The translations under genes and the position numbers were made by a program. The notes under the pieces are model-generated. The model saw nothing but the letters and a program-made list of their open reading frames with translations, ran no database searches and was not told the origin of the DNA. 23,331 nt of DNA from an uncultured Fibrobacterota bacterium (GTDB lineage: Bacteria; Fibrobacterota; Chitinivibrionia; Chitinivibrionales; FEN-1185): contig CAVWBU010000006.1 of NCBI GenBank assembly GCA_963753345.1, positions 1 to 23,331 on the forward strand. Reading direction: 5' to 3'. This document shows, piece by piece, positions 1 through 8,002 of the stretch; the stretch's first letter is position 1; every line of letters starts with the position of its first letter.

Positions 1-154
1 GTATCGTCGCACCGGCTTTTTTCAGGAAAGGTTTAGGCCTTGCACCCCAACCAGGCGCACCAATTCCTTCCATTTTCCCCGTTACCATTAACTTCCCAAT
101 ATCTTTATAAAGTATATGATCCCGGTTTCCCTTTTTTCACCACTTCCTTTCGCC

Positions 155-333
155 CGGAGTCACCAAAGTGCGCTCGAAACAAAATGTTCTCGACGCGCTA
201 GGCACGACTGGAGGTCGCGCTGGAGCGCGATGCCGCCCGGACCCGGCCCTGTGGGCCATAGGGCCGTGGCGGCCCGAGGCCGAAGGCCGAGACCGGAAGG
301 AGGGCCGACCCCGCGCAGCGGGGGAACGCCCAA
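155..333 (+). repeat. Structured intergenic repeat, copy 1 (right module only)
   Basis: GACTGGAGGTCGCGC..GCGCGATGCCGCCCGGACCCGGCCCTGTGGGCCATAGGGCC...GACCCCGCGCAGCGGGGGAACGCCCAA matches the copies at ~7815-7978 and 18570-18714 and the reverse complement in 14326-14550; left boundary approximate. Confidence 0.85.
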
Positions 334-457
334 TTCTTTTTAATACTTGTGTGCCGCCACTAAAATTTCTTGCATCTACATGGGGGAAACGCCCATCTTT
401 TTTATATGGAATTATATACAAAAATTTAGTTTACAAACTACTCAGTAAAAAATCTCC

Positions 458-486
458 TTGACTTATCAAACCAACCACTGTATATT
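458..486 (+). promoter_or_regulatory. sigma70-type promoter of the ilv/leu operon
   Basis: TTGACT (458-463), 17-nt spacer, TATATT (481-486), AT-rich upstream tract, 42 nt before the leader ATG. Confidence 0.7.
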
Positions 487-528
487 TACCATGTCAAAAC
501 AAAATCATAGCACAGTAGAGAAAAATTC

Positions 529-630
529 ATGTTCACTACATCATCCAAATCAACAAATCTTATAAGCCTTGTTCTTCTTTTGAACCTGGTGGTAGTCATT
601 ACTTTGCCAAAAAGGGAGACGGGCTTATAG
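529..630 (+). CDS. ilv/leu operon leader peptide (33 aa, MFTTSSKSTNLISLVLLLNLVVVITLPKRETGL)
   Basis: Hand translation from ATG 529 to TAG 630; run LISLVLLLNLVVVITL of Leu/Ile/Val codons; overlaps the antiterminator segment; analogous to enterobacterial ilvL/ivbL. Confidence 0.85.
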   Translation: MFTTSSKSTNLISLVLLLNLVVVITLPKRETGL

Positions 631-690
631 AAGTATAAGCAGAGCAAAATCAAAGACCCGTCTCCCACAAGAGACGGGTCTTTTTTTATT
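614..690 (+). terminator. Transcriptional attenuator (antiterminator plus intrinsic terminator)
   Basis: Terminator stem AAAGACCCGTCTC (652-664)/GAGACGGGTCTTT (671-683) followed by a T-tract; GGGAGACGGG (614-623, inside the leader ORF) pairs with CCCGTCTCCC (657-666) as the mutually exclusive antiterminator. Confidence 0.9.
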
Positions 691-832
691 TCATGGCGCT
701 TTCGACCTGCCGGCAGGGGGCGGGCCTCATTCCTTGATTAGAAGCAGGGGAAGAGGTATTTTTTAAAATTCCCTCTCATGCGGCACGGTGCGAGCGCTTG
801 ACGGGCGCACAATCAACATTGCGGAGGACGGA

Positions 833-2563
833 GTGAAGAAGAAAGGTGCCGAAATTCTTGTCGACGCCCTTGTCAACGAGGGCGTGGATATCCTGTTCGG
901 CTTTCCAGGCGGGCAGGCGATTCCGATTTTCGACGCGCTGTACGATGAGAAGAGGCTGAAGGTCGTGCTCGTGCGGCACGAACAGGCCGCTGCGCACGCC
1001 GCGGACGGCTATGCGCGCGCAACGGGCAAGGTGGGCGTGTGCATTGCCACGTCCGGACCCGGCGCCACCAACCTGGTGACCGGCATCGCCAACGCGCATC
1101 TCGACTCCATACCCATGGTTGCGATAACCGGACAGGTCGCCACGCCGTATCTCGGGACCGACGCGTTCCAGGAGGCCGACATGGTGGGCATAAGCAGGCC
1201 CATCACTAAGCACAATTTCCTGGTGAAGGATATACGCGAGCTGCCGACTACCTTGAAACAGGCGTTTTACATTGCGCGCACCGGCAGGCCCGGGCCCGTG
1301 CTCGTGGACATTCCGTCGGACATCTCCCGCGCCGTGCTTGACGATTACGAGTACCCGAAGGAAATTACCATGCGCAGCTACCGGCCCACGGTGGTGGGGC
1401 ACAGCCGCCAGATCGAGAAGGCGGCTGAGCTCATCAAGACCGCCAAGAAGCCGCTCATTTACGCGGGCGGCGGCGTGATAACCTCGGGCGCGCACGAGGA
1501 GCTGTTCGAGCTCGTCACCAAGCTCAACGCGCCGGTGACGCTCACGCTTATGGGGCTGGGCGCGTTTCCCGGCGAGCATCCGCTGTTTGTGGGCATGCCC
1601 GGCATGCACGGTTCAAAGACCGCGAACCTGGCGTTCCAGGAGGCAGACGTGATCGTTTCGGTGGGCGCGCGGTTCGACGACCGCGTGACCGGCCACGTGG
1701 GATCGTTTGCGCCCAAGGCGAAGATCATCCACCTGGACATCGACCCCGCCGCGATATCGAAGATCGTGCGGGTCGACATACCCGTTGTGGGCGACGCGAA
1801 GAACATACTGGCCGCGCTCAACAAGCTCCTGCCCGCGCGCGAGCCGTCCGACTGGAACGGGCAGATCGAGAAATGGAAGAACGGCAGCCTGTTTACGTAC
1901 AAGAACTCGGACAAGGTGATCAAGCCGCAGTATGTGATCGAGGAGCTGTATCGTTTGACAAAAGACAAAGACGTTCTGATCGCCACCGACGTGGGCCAGC
2001 ACCAGATGTGGACCGCACAGTACTACCGGTTCGCGCGGCCGCGCACGCTGCTCTCGTCGGGCGGGCTGGGCACCATGGGGTTCGGGCTGCCCGCGGCGAT
2101 GGGCGGCAGCCTCGGGCGCGGCCGCACAACGGCCATCGACATTGCGGGCGACGGCTCCATCCAGATGAACATCCAGGAGCTGGCCACGATTGCGATAAAC
2201 AGGATACCCGTGAAGATCGTGATCATCAACAACGAGTATCTCGGCATGGTGCGGCAGTGGCAGGAAATGTTCTGGAACAAGCGGTACAGCTCCACCTGCC
2301 TGCGCGGCGGGATGCTGTGCGAGGAGTGCAAGGGACCGGGGCATTGCAAGATAAAGTATGTCCCGGATTTCGTGAAGCTCGCGGAGAGTTACGGTATTCC
2401 CGGGTTCCGGGCGACAAAGCCCGACGAGGTCGCTTCGGTTCTTGACAAAGGCCTGAAAACCGACGGCCCCGCGCTCATGGAGTTCGCCGTGGCGCCCGAG
2501 GAAAACGTGTTTCCCATGGTCCCTGCGGGCAAACCGCTCGACCAGGTGATGGAGGAATTATGA
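833..2563 (+). CDS. ilvB: Acetolactate synthase, large (catalytic) subunit
   Basis: Motifs FGFPGG, RHEQAAAHAADGYAR, TSGPGATN, DVGQHQMW, SGGLGTMGFGLPAA, GDGSIQMN; start set to GTG 833 behind GGAGGA (ORF track begins at 788). Confidence 0.96.
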   Translation: MKKKGAEILVDALVNEGVDILFGFPGGQAIPIFDALYDEKRLKVVLVRHEQAAAHAADGYARATGKVGVCIATSGPGATNLVTGIANAHLDSIPMVAITGQVATPYLGTDAFQEADMVGISRPITKHNFLVKDIRELPTTLKQAFYIARTGRPGPVLVDIPSDISRAVLDDYEYPKEITMRSYRPTVVGHSRQIEKAAELIKTAKKPLIYAGGGVITSGAHEELFELVTKLNAPVTLTLMGLGAFPGEHPLFVGMPGMHGSKTANLAFQEADVIVSVGARFDDRVTGHVGSFAPKAKIIHLDIDPAAISKIVRVDIPVVGDAKNILAALNKLLPAREPSDWNGQIEKWKNGSLFTYKNSDKVIKPQYVIEELYRLTKDKDVLIATDVGQHQMWTAQYYRFARPRTLLSSGGLGTMGFGLPAAMGGSLGRGRTTAIDIAGDGSIQMNIQELATIAINRIPVKIVIINNEYLGMVRQWQEMFWNKRYSSTCLRGGMLCEECKGPGHCKIKYVPDFVKLAESYGIPGFRATKPDEVASVLDKGLKTDGPALMEFAVAPEENVFPMVPAGKPLDQVMEEL

Positions 2564-3042
2564 ACACACGCACGATTTCGGTGCTTGTGGAGAACCACAG
2601 CGGCACGCTCTCGCGCATTTCGGACCTGTTTGCGAGCCGCGGGTACAACATCGCGAGCCTGACGGTCGGGGAGACCGAAGACCAGTCGATTTCGCGCATG
2701 ACCATCGTGGTGGAGGGCGACGACGCCATCATCGAGCAGGTGGTGAAGCAGCTCAACAAGCTGATCGACGTGATCAAGGTGATCGATTTCGAGGGACTTC
2801 CGGTGATCGAGCGGGAATTCATCCTCGTGCGCGTGGATTCCTCGAAGTCAAGCCGCCACGAGATCGTGGAGCTTGCGGACCTGTTCGGCGCCAAGGTGGC
2901 CTATGTGGGGTCGTCGTCGATCACGTTTGAGCTGTCGGCGCCGTATGACATCATCAACGACTTTATCAACCTTATCAAGCCGTACGGCGTCAAGGAGCTC
3001 ATCCGCACGGGCAAGGTGGCGATGGCGCAGACGAGGAAATAA
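2560..3042 (+). CDS. ilvH: Acetolactate synthase, small (regulatory, ACT) subunit
   Basis: ISVLVEN..G.LSRI..LF..RGYNI.SL.VG.TE....SRMTIV, QLNKLIDVIKV, EL.RTG; ATGA overlap with the ilvB stop. Confidence 0.95.
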   Translation: MNTRTISVLVENHSGTLSRISDLFASRGYNIASLTVGETEDQSISRMTIVVEGDDAIIEQVVKQLNKLIDVIKVIDFEGLPVIEREFILVRVDSSKSSRHEIVELADLFGAKVAYVGSSSITFELSAPYDIINDFINLIKPYGVKELIRTGKVAMAQTRK

Positions 3043-3126
3043 CTCACCCCTCCACCCCCGACCCCTCCTCCCCTCTCTTGTCAAGAGAGGGGGGGGTGCC
3101 CGAAGGGCGGGGAGGTGGGGTGAGTT
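3041..3126. repeat. REP-like nested palindrome (CCCCTCTC..GAGAGGGG type)
   Basis: Outer stem AACTCACCCC (3041-3050)/GGGGTGAGTT (3117-3126); inner CCCCTCTCTTG-T-CAAGAGAGGGG and GCCC-GAA-GGGC; related to 16371-16403. Confidence 0.7.
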
Positions 3127-3175
3127 GAACCGGAAAACAATTAACTACACCATCATATACAAAGGAGAAACAAGT

Positions 3176-4276
3176 ATGGCAGTCATCAATTTCGGCGGAG
3201 TAAGGGAAACGGTCGTCACCCGGAAGGAATTCCCTCTTGCAAAGGCGCGCAGCGTCCTCAGGAAGGAAGTCGTTGCCGTGATCGGCTATGGCGTTCAGGG
3301 ACCGGCCCAGTCGCTCAACATGAAGGACAACGGCATCCGCGTTATCATCGGGCAGGCGCAGGAATATAAAAAGGACTGGGACCGCGCGAAGCGCGACGGC
3401 TGGGTCCCGGGGAAAACGCTATTTCCCATTGAGGAAGCGGTGAAGCGCGGCACCATCATACAGATGCTGGTGTCCGATGCGGCGCAGCGCACAATATGGC
3501 CCATTGTCAAGAAGAACCTCAAGCCGGGCGACGCGCTGTACTTTTCGCACGGGTTCTCGATTGTCTACAAGAAACAGACCGGCGTGATCCCGCCGAAAAA
3601 CGTGGACGTCATCATGGTCGCGCCTAAGGGGAGCGGAACATCGGTGCGCCGCAACTTTCTCTCCGGCGCGGGCATCAATTCGAGCTTTGCCGTGGGTCAG
3701 GACGCAACCGGCCATGCGCGGGAACGCTGTCTTGCGGTAGGCATCGCCATCGGGTCGGGATACCTTTTCCCGACGACGTTCCAGAATGAGGTTTACAGCG
3801 ACCTCACGGGCGAGCGCGGCGTGCTCATGGGCGCGCTCGCGGGTGTGATGCAGGCCCAGTACGACGTGCTCCGCAGCCACGGCCACTCGCCGTCGGAGGC
3901 GTTCAACGAGACGTCCGAGGAGCTCACGCAGAGCCTGATCCGGCTCGTTGACGAAAACGGCATGGACTGGATGTACTCGAACTGTTCGGCCACGGCCCAG
4001 CATGGCGCGCTCAAATGGAGGCCTATTTTCCGGAAGGCGAACCTGCCGGTGTTCAAGAAGCTTTACAAATCGGTAAAGGACGGCATCGAGACGCGCGAGG
4101 TGATCCGCGACTGCGGCCGCAAGGATTACCAGAAGTTCCTGGGCAAGAAACTCGCGCAGATCCACAATTCCGAAATGTGGCTCGCCGGGGCGGCTGTCAG
4201 ATCTTTGCGGCCTAAAGAGAAAGCAAAAGACATTTCAACATTGACAAAAGGAGTCGGCGGAAGAGGCCAGAACTAA
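3176..4276 (+). CDS. ilvC: Ketol-acid reductoisomerase (Bacteroidetes/fungal Ilv5-like type)
   Basis: N-terminus INFGG..E.VVTR.EFPL.KAR, GYGVQG, LYFSHGFSI, VAPKGSG, SDLTGERGVLMG, EAFNET; ATG 3176 behind AAGGAG. Confidence 0.95.
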   Translation: MAVINFGGVRETVVTRKEFPLAKARSVLRKEVVAVIGYGVQGPAQSLNMKDNGIRVIIGQAQEYKKDWDRAKRDGWVPGKTLFPIEEAVKRGTIIQMLVSDAAQRTIWPIVKKNLKPGDALYFSHGFSIVYKKQTGVIPPKNVDVIMVAPKGSGTSVRRNFLSGAGINSSFAVGQDATGHARERCLAVGIAIGSGYLFPTTFQNEVYSDLTGERGVLMGALAGVMQAQYDVLRSHGHSPSEAFNETSEELTQSLIRLVDENGMDWMYSNCSATAQHGALKWRPIFRKANLPVFKKLYKSVKDGIETREVIRDCGRKDYQKFLGKKLAQIHNSEMWLAGAAVRSLRPKEKAKDISTLTKGVGGRGQN

Positions 4277-4291
4277 TACATAATACAATGT

Positions 4292-4697
4292 CGGGGGAGA
4301 AGTATCTCCCCCGGCCTCGGCCTCCTGCGGTCCTCGGCGACTGCCCGCTCCTGGGTAGCCCCCTTGACCAAGGGTGCAAGACCAGCATTGTTGTGGGGGC
4401 ACCCACGAGGAGCAGTTGAGAGGTTGAAGAGTTGAAGAGTTGAAAAGTAGAAAAGAAGTTTTAGATTTAATCCTGCGAATGCCGAAGTGGCGCGAGAAGA
4501 AGTGTTTGACTGAATAAGAATGTCAGCTGCCGCGCGTTAGGTGGACCGGAGGGTGAGCCAGAGCGAATTGCCGCCTGGCCACGGCGCGAAGCGCCCTTGT
4601 GGCAGGCGGCAACGAGGCGAACGGCCGAGCCCGAAGGGACGACGCTTCGAAGCACCCGAAGGGGGGAACCGACCCCGCGAAGCGGGGGAACGCCCAA
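4292..4697 (+). repeat. Structured intergenic repeat, copy 2 (full: left module, GTTGAA tandem spacer, right module)
   Basis: Starts CGGGGGAGA-AGTA-TCTCCCCCG; contains GGGGGCACCCACGAGGAGCAGTTGA, TTTGACTGA.TAAGAA..TCAG.TGCCGCGCGTTAGG; ends GACCCCGCGAAGCGGGGGAACGCCCAA. Confidence 0.9.
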
Positions 4698-4721
4698 CTT
4701 TTTAGATTGGTAACGAATCTT

Positions 4722-6263
4722 ATGAAAGACAAAGTATTCATATTCGACACGACCTTACGCGACGGGGAACAGGCGCTGGCGTCATCTTTGTCCGTGGACC
4801 AGAAACTGCGCATCGCGCGGCAGCTCGCCCGGCTCAAGGTCGACATCATCGAGGCAGGGTTTCCCATAAGCTCGCCCGGCGATTTTACAAGCGTGTCGAC
4901 CATCGCGCGTGAAATAAAGGGGCCCGTGATCTGCGGCCTTGCGCGGGCGATCGACAAGGACATTTACACGTGCGCAAAGGCCATACGGCCGGCGAAGCGC
5001 AGTCGGATCCATACATTTGTCGGCACTTCGCCGATCCACCGCCAGGGCCTGCTGCGCAAATCCAAGGAAGACGTATTGGCCATGATCAGCGCAAGCGTCA
5101 AGCTGGCGCGGCGGCTGTGCGCCGACGTGGAATTCTCACCCATGGATGCCGGTCGCACGGAGGACGATTATCTCTGCGCGGTCGTGGAACTGGCGATCAG
5201 GCGGGGCGCTGCCACGATTAATATTCCGGACACCGTGGGCTATACCACACCCGAACTTTTTGCCGCGCAGATAAGCATGCTTTTCAACCGGGTGCCCAAT
5301 ATCGACAAAGCGGTCATTTCGGTCCATTGCCACAACGATCTGGGCATGGCTACGGCCAATTCGCTGACCGCGGTCAGTCATGGCGCCCGGCAGATCGAAT
5401 GCGCGGTCAATGGCCTGGGCGAGCGCGCCGGTAACACCGCGCTCGAAGAGGTTGTCATGGCGCTTAAGGTCCGCCGTGATATTTTCAAAACTGCCGTGGG
5501 CGTTGACACGCAGGAGATCATGCGTACGAGTAGGCTGGTGCGGGAAATCTGCAACATGCCCGTGCAGCCCAATAAGCCCATCGTGGGCGGCAACGCCTTT
5601 GCGCATTCCTCCGGCATCCACCAGGACGGCATGCTTAAGGCCAAAAAAACATTCGAGATCATGACCCCGCAATCCATCGGCCTCAAAGACAGCCGCATGA
5701 ACCTCACGAGCCGGTCGGGAAGTCATATGGTGAAGGCGCGTCTTGCGGGCCTCGGGTACGCGGAGAAGGAGATCGACATCGGGTCGTTTTACAAACGCTT
5801 TATCGAGCTCGCCGACAAGAAGGGCTCGGTGTACGACGACGACCTGATCGCGCTCATGGAATCGAAGGACGGGCGGGGCATGGCCGACCGGTACGCGCTC
5901 ACGTATCTCAACGTGTCAAGCGGCCGCGGCACGGTCCCTACGGCAACGGCGCGCATTGCGTTTGACGGAAGGGAAGTCCAGGAGGCCGCGACCGGCGACG
6001 GCGCGGTGGACGCGGCGACCAAGGCCATCGACCGGATCACCGGCTCCAGCGTGACCATCGAGAACTACCACCTCGAGGCAGTTACGGGCGGCCGCGAGGC
6101 GCAGGGCCGCGTGACCGTCACGGGCAGGACGCCCCAGGGCGTGTTTGTGGGCACCGGCACGAGCACCGACATCGTGGAGGCGTCGGCGCTGGCGTATATG
6201 GATATTGTCAATAAGATAGCCAGAATGAAAAAGTTTAAAAAGAAGCTACCGTTGCACAAGTAA
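4722..6263 (+). CDS. leuA: 2-isopropylmalate synthase
   Basis: IFDTTLRDGEQ, IEAGFP, NIPDTVGY, SVHCHNDLG, NGLGERAGN, HSSGIHQDG and a C-terminal regulatory domain (GDGAVDA, STDIVEAS); ATG 4722 preferred over the upstream GTG inside the repeat. Confidence 0.93.
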   Translation: MKDKVFIFDTTLRDGEQALASSLSVDQKLRIARQLARLKVDIIEAGFPISSPGDFTSVSTIAREIKGPVICGLARAIDKDIYTCAKAIRPAKRSRIHTFVGTSPIHRQGLLRKSKEDVLAMISASVKLARRLCADVEFSPMDAGRTEDDYLCAVVELAIRRGAATINIPDTVGYTTPELFAAQISMLFNRVPNIDKAVISVHCHNDLGMATANSLTAVSHGARQIECAVNGLGERAGNTALEEVVMALKVRRDIFKTAVGVDTQEIMRTSRLVREICNMPVQPNKPIVGGNAFAHSSGIHQDGMLKAKKTFEIMTPQSIGLKDSRMNLTSRSGSHMVKARLAGLGYAEKEIDIGSFYKRFIELADKKGSVYDDDLIALMESKDGRGMADRYALTYLNVSSGRGTVPTATARIAFDGREVQEAATGDGAVDAATKAIDRITGSSVTIENYHLEAVTGGREAQGRVTVTGRTPQGVFVGTGTSTDIVEASALAYMDIVNKIARMKKFKKKLPLHK

Positions 6264-6275
6264 AGTTGTATGTGC

Positions 6276-6400
6276 GGGGGAAGTATCCCCCTGCCTACGG
6301 CCGCCTTCGGCGTCCTCCTGCACCCCCTCCTGGGTGCACCCCAAGAGGAAGCGGTTGCAGAACCAGGCACCTGTGTGGGGGCACCCTTGGAGAGCAGTTG
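6276..6400 (+). repeat. Structured intergenic repeat, copy 3 (left module only)
   Basis: GGGGGA-AGTA-TCCCCC hairpin, CCTCCTGGGTGCACCCC...GGGGGCACCC..GAGCAGTTG; 55 nt identical to 7633-7687. Confidence 0.9.
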
Positions 6401-6460
6401 TACCGGTACTTTCTTTACTTTGTATCTTTGTCACTTTTCAGAAGGATTGGGGATCTTTAA

Positions 6461-7543
6461 ATGAAATCCTACAATATTGCCGTTATCCCGGGCGACGGCA
6501 CGGGCCCGGAAGTGGTTCGGGAAGGCATCAAGGTACTGGACGCGGCATGCGCCAGATACAAGGTGAAGCTCAACTACGTCAAGTACGACTTCGGCGGCGA
6601 GCGGTACCTCAAGACCGGCGAGACGCTGCCTGACAGCGCTATCGAGGAGCTCCGGAAGCACGACTCGATATACCTGGGCGCCATCGGGCATCCGGATGTC
6701 AAGCCCGGTATTCTGGAGGTCGGCATCCTGCTCAAGGCGCGTTTTGCGCTTGATCAGTATATCAACCTCCGGCCTGTCAAACTTTATCCGAACGTGGACA
6801 CGCCCCTCAAGGATAAAAAGCCCGAGCATATTGATTTCGTGGTGGTGCGCGAAAACGTCGGCGGAATCTATACCGGCATCGGCGGCGTTTCACGAAAGGG
6901 CACGCCGCAGGAGGTCGCCACGCAGGTGATGGTGTACGACCGCCAGACCGTCGACCGCTGCCTGCGCTATGCGTTCGAATTCAAGAAAAGACGCAACGCG
7001 GCCAATCCCCGCTACGCCGCCAAGCCGATAACGCTGGTGCACAAGCGCAACGTGCTGACCTATTGCGGCGATCTGTGGTTCCGCGCCTTCGAGGAAATGG
7101 GCGCAAAGGAGTATGCGGACCTCAAACGCGATTACAACCATGTTGACGCGGCCAATATGTGGTTTGTCAAGAACCCCGAATGGTTCGACGTGGTCGTCAC
7201 CGAAAACCTGTTCGGCGACATCATCACCGACCTCGCGGCCATGATCCAGGGCGGCCTGGGCATCGCGGCGGGCGGCAACATCAACCCCGAGGGCGTTTCG
7301 ATGTTCGAACCCATGGGCGGCAGCGCGCCCAAGTACACGGGCAAAAACGTGATCAACCCGCTCGCGGCCATTGCCGCGGCAGGCATGATGCTCGAAACAA
7401 TAGGCGAGGCCGCGGCGGGAAATGCAATTGAACGCGCCGTGCATGATGCTCTGGCATCGGGAAAGATTAAGAGCCTTGCTGCCGGGAAGATGGGGATGGG
7501 GACTAGTGAAGTTGGGGATTTTGTAGCGTCATTAGTCAAGTAA
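6461..7543 (+). CDS. leuB: 3-isopropylmalate dehydrogenase
   Basis: IAVIPGDGTGPEV, YINLRPVK, VVRENVGG.Y, NLFGDIITD, MFEP..GSAP, INP.AAI; operon context. Confidence 0.92.
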   Translation: MKSYNIAVIPGDGTGPEVVREGIKVLDAACARYKVKLNYVKYDFGGERYLKTGETLPDSAIEELRKHDSIYLGAIGHPDVKPGILEVGILLKARFALDQYINLRPVKLYPNVDTPLKDKKPEHIDFVVVRENVGGIYTGIGGVSRKGTPQEVATQVMVYDRQTVDRCLRYAFEFKKRRNAANPRYAAKPITLVHKRNVLTYCGDLWFRAFEEMGAKEYADLKRDYNHVDAANMWFVKNPEWFDVVVTENLFGDIITDLAAMIQGGLGIAAGGNINPEGVSMFEPMGGSAPKYTGKNVINPLAAIAAAGMMLETIGEAAAGNAIERAVHDALASGKIKSLAAGKMGMGTSEVGDFVASLVK

Positions 7544-7554
7544 TTGGATGTTGT

Positions 7555-7978
7555 CGGGGGAGAGGTATCTCCCCCGGCCTCGGCCTCCTCGTCCCTGATG
7601 GGACTGCGGGGTCCTCGGCACTCCCCTCTCCAGGGTGCACCCCAAGAGGAAGCGGTTGCAGAACCAGGCACCTGTGTGGGGGCACCCACGAGGAGCAGTT
7701 GAAACGTTGAATAGTTGGAGAGTTTAAAATTAGGACATACGGATATTGGTTTTGTTGCGGATGCCGGTTGGCGCGAGAGAGGTATTTGACTGATAAGAAT
7801 TCAGTTGCCGCGCGTTAGGGGCGACTGGAGGTCCCGCCAAAGCGGGATGCCGCCCGGACCCGGCCCTGTGGGCCACAGGGCCGTGGCGGCCCGAGGCCAA
7901 AGGCCGAGACCGGAAGGAGAACCGACCCCTTTGTAGAGGCGTCACGGTGTGGCGCCACTACAAAGGGGGAACGCCCAA
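7555..7978 (+). repeat. Structured intergenic repeat, copy 4 (full, with a REP-like insert in the terminal hairpin)
   Basis: CGGGGGAGA-GGTA-TCTCCCCCG start, shared central segment, right module as in copies 1 and 9, ends GGGGGAACGCCCAA. Confidence 0.9.
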
Positions 7979-8002
7979 GAGTATTAATAAGAAAGAAAAG
8001 AC

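Noticed and set aside
116-461. Short ORFs such as MPPGPGPVGHRAVAARG recurring here and at 14260-14505 and 18518-18850
   Set aside because: They are translations of the GC-rich repeat; starts, stops and frames are not conserved between copies and variation preserves base-pairing, not codons
2873-3175. 101-aa N-terminal extension of IlvC in the ORF track
   Set aside because: Overlaps ilvH and a palindrome; a strong RBS precedes ATG 3176
4414-4460. GTTGAA repeats as a CRISPR array
   Set aside because: Units are 8 nt with no spacers and there are no cas genes
4530-4545. GTTAGG core resembling an integron attC R' site
   Set aside because: No matching RYYYAAC inverse core, no integrase, and flanking genes are housekeeping
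4292-4697. Repeats as group II intron remnants or classical MITEs
   Set aside because: No recognisable domain V/VI sequence; no whole-element terminal inverted repeats or target duplications seen by eye
4599-4721. N-terminal extension of LeuA from GTG 4599
   Set aside because: Lies inside repeat copy 2; LeuA homology starts at MKDKVFIFDTTLRD (4722)
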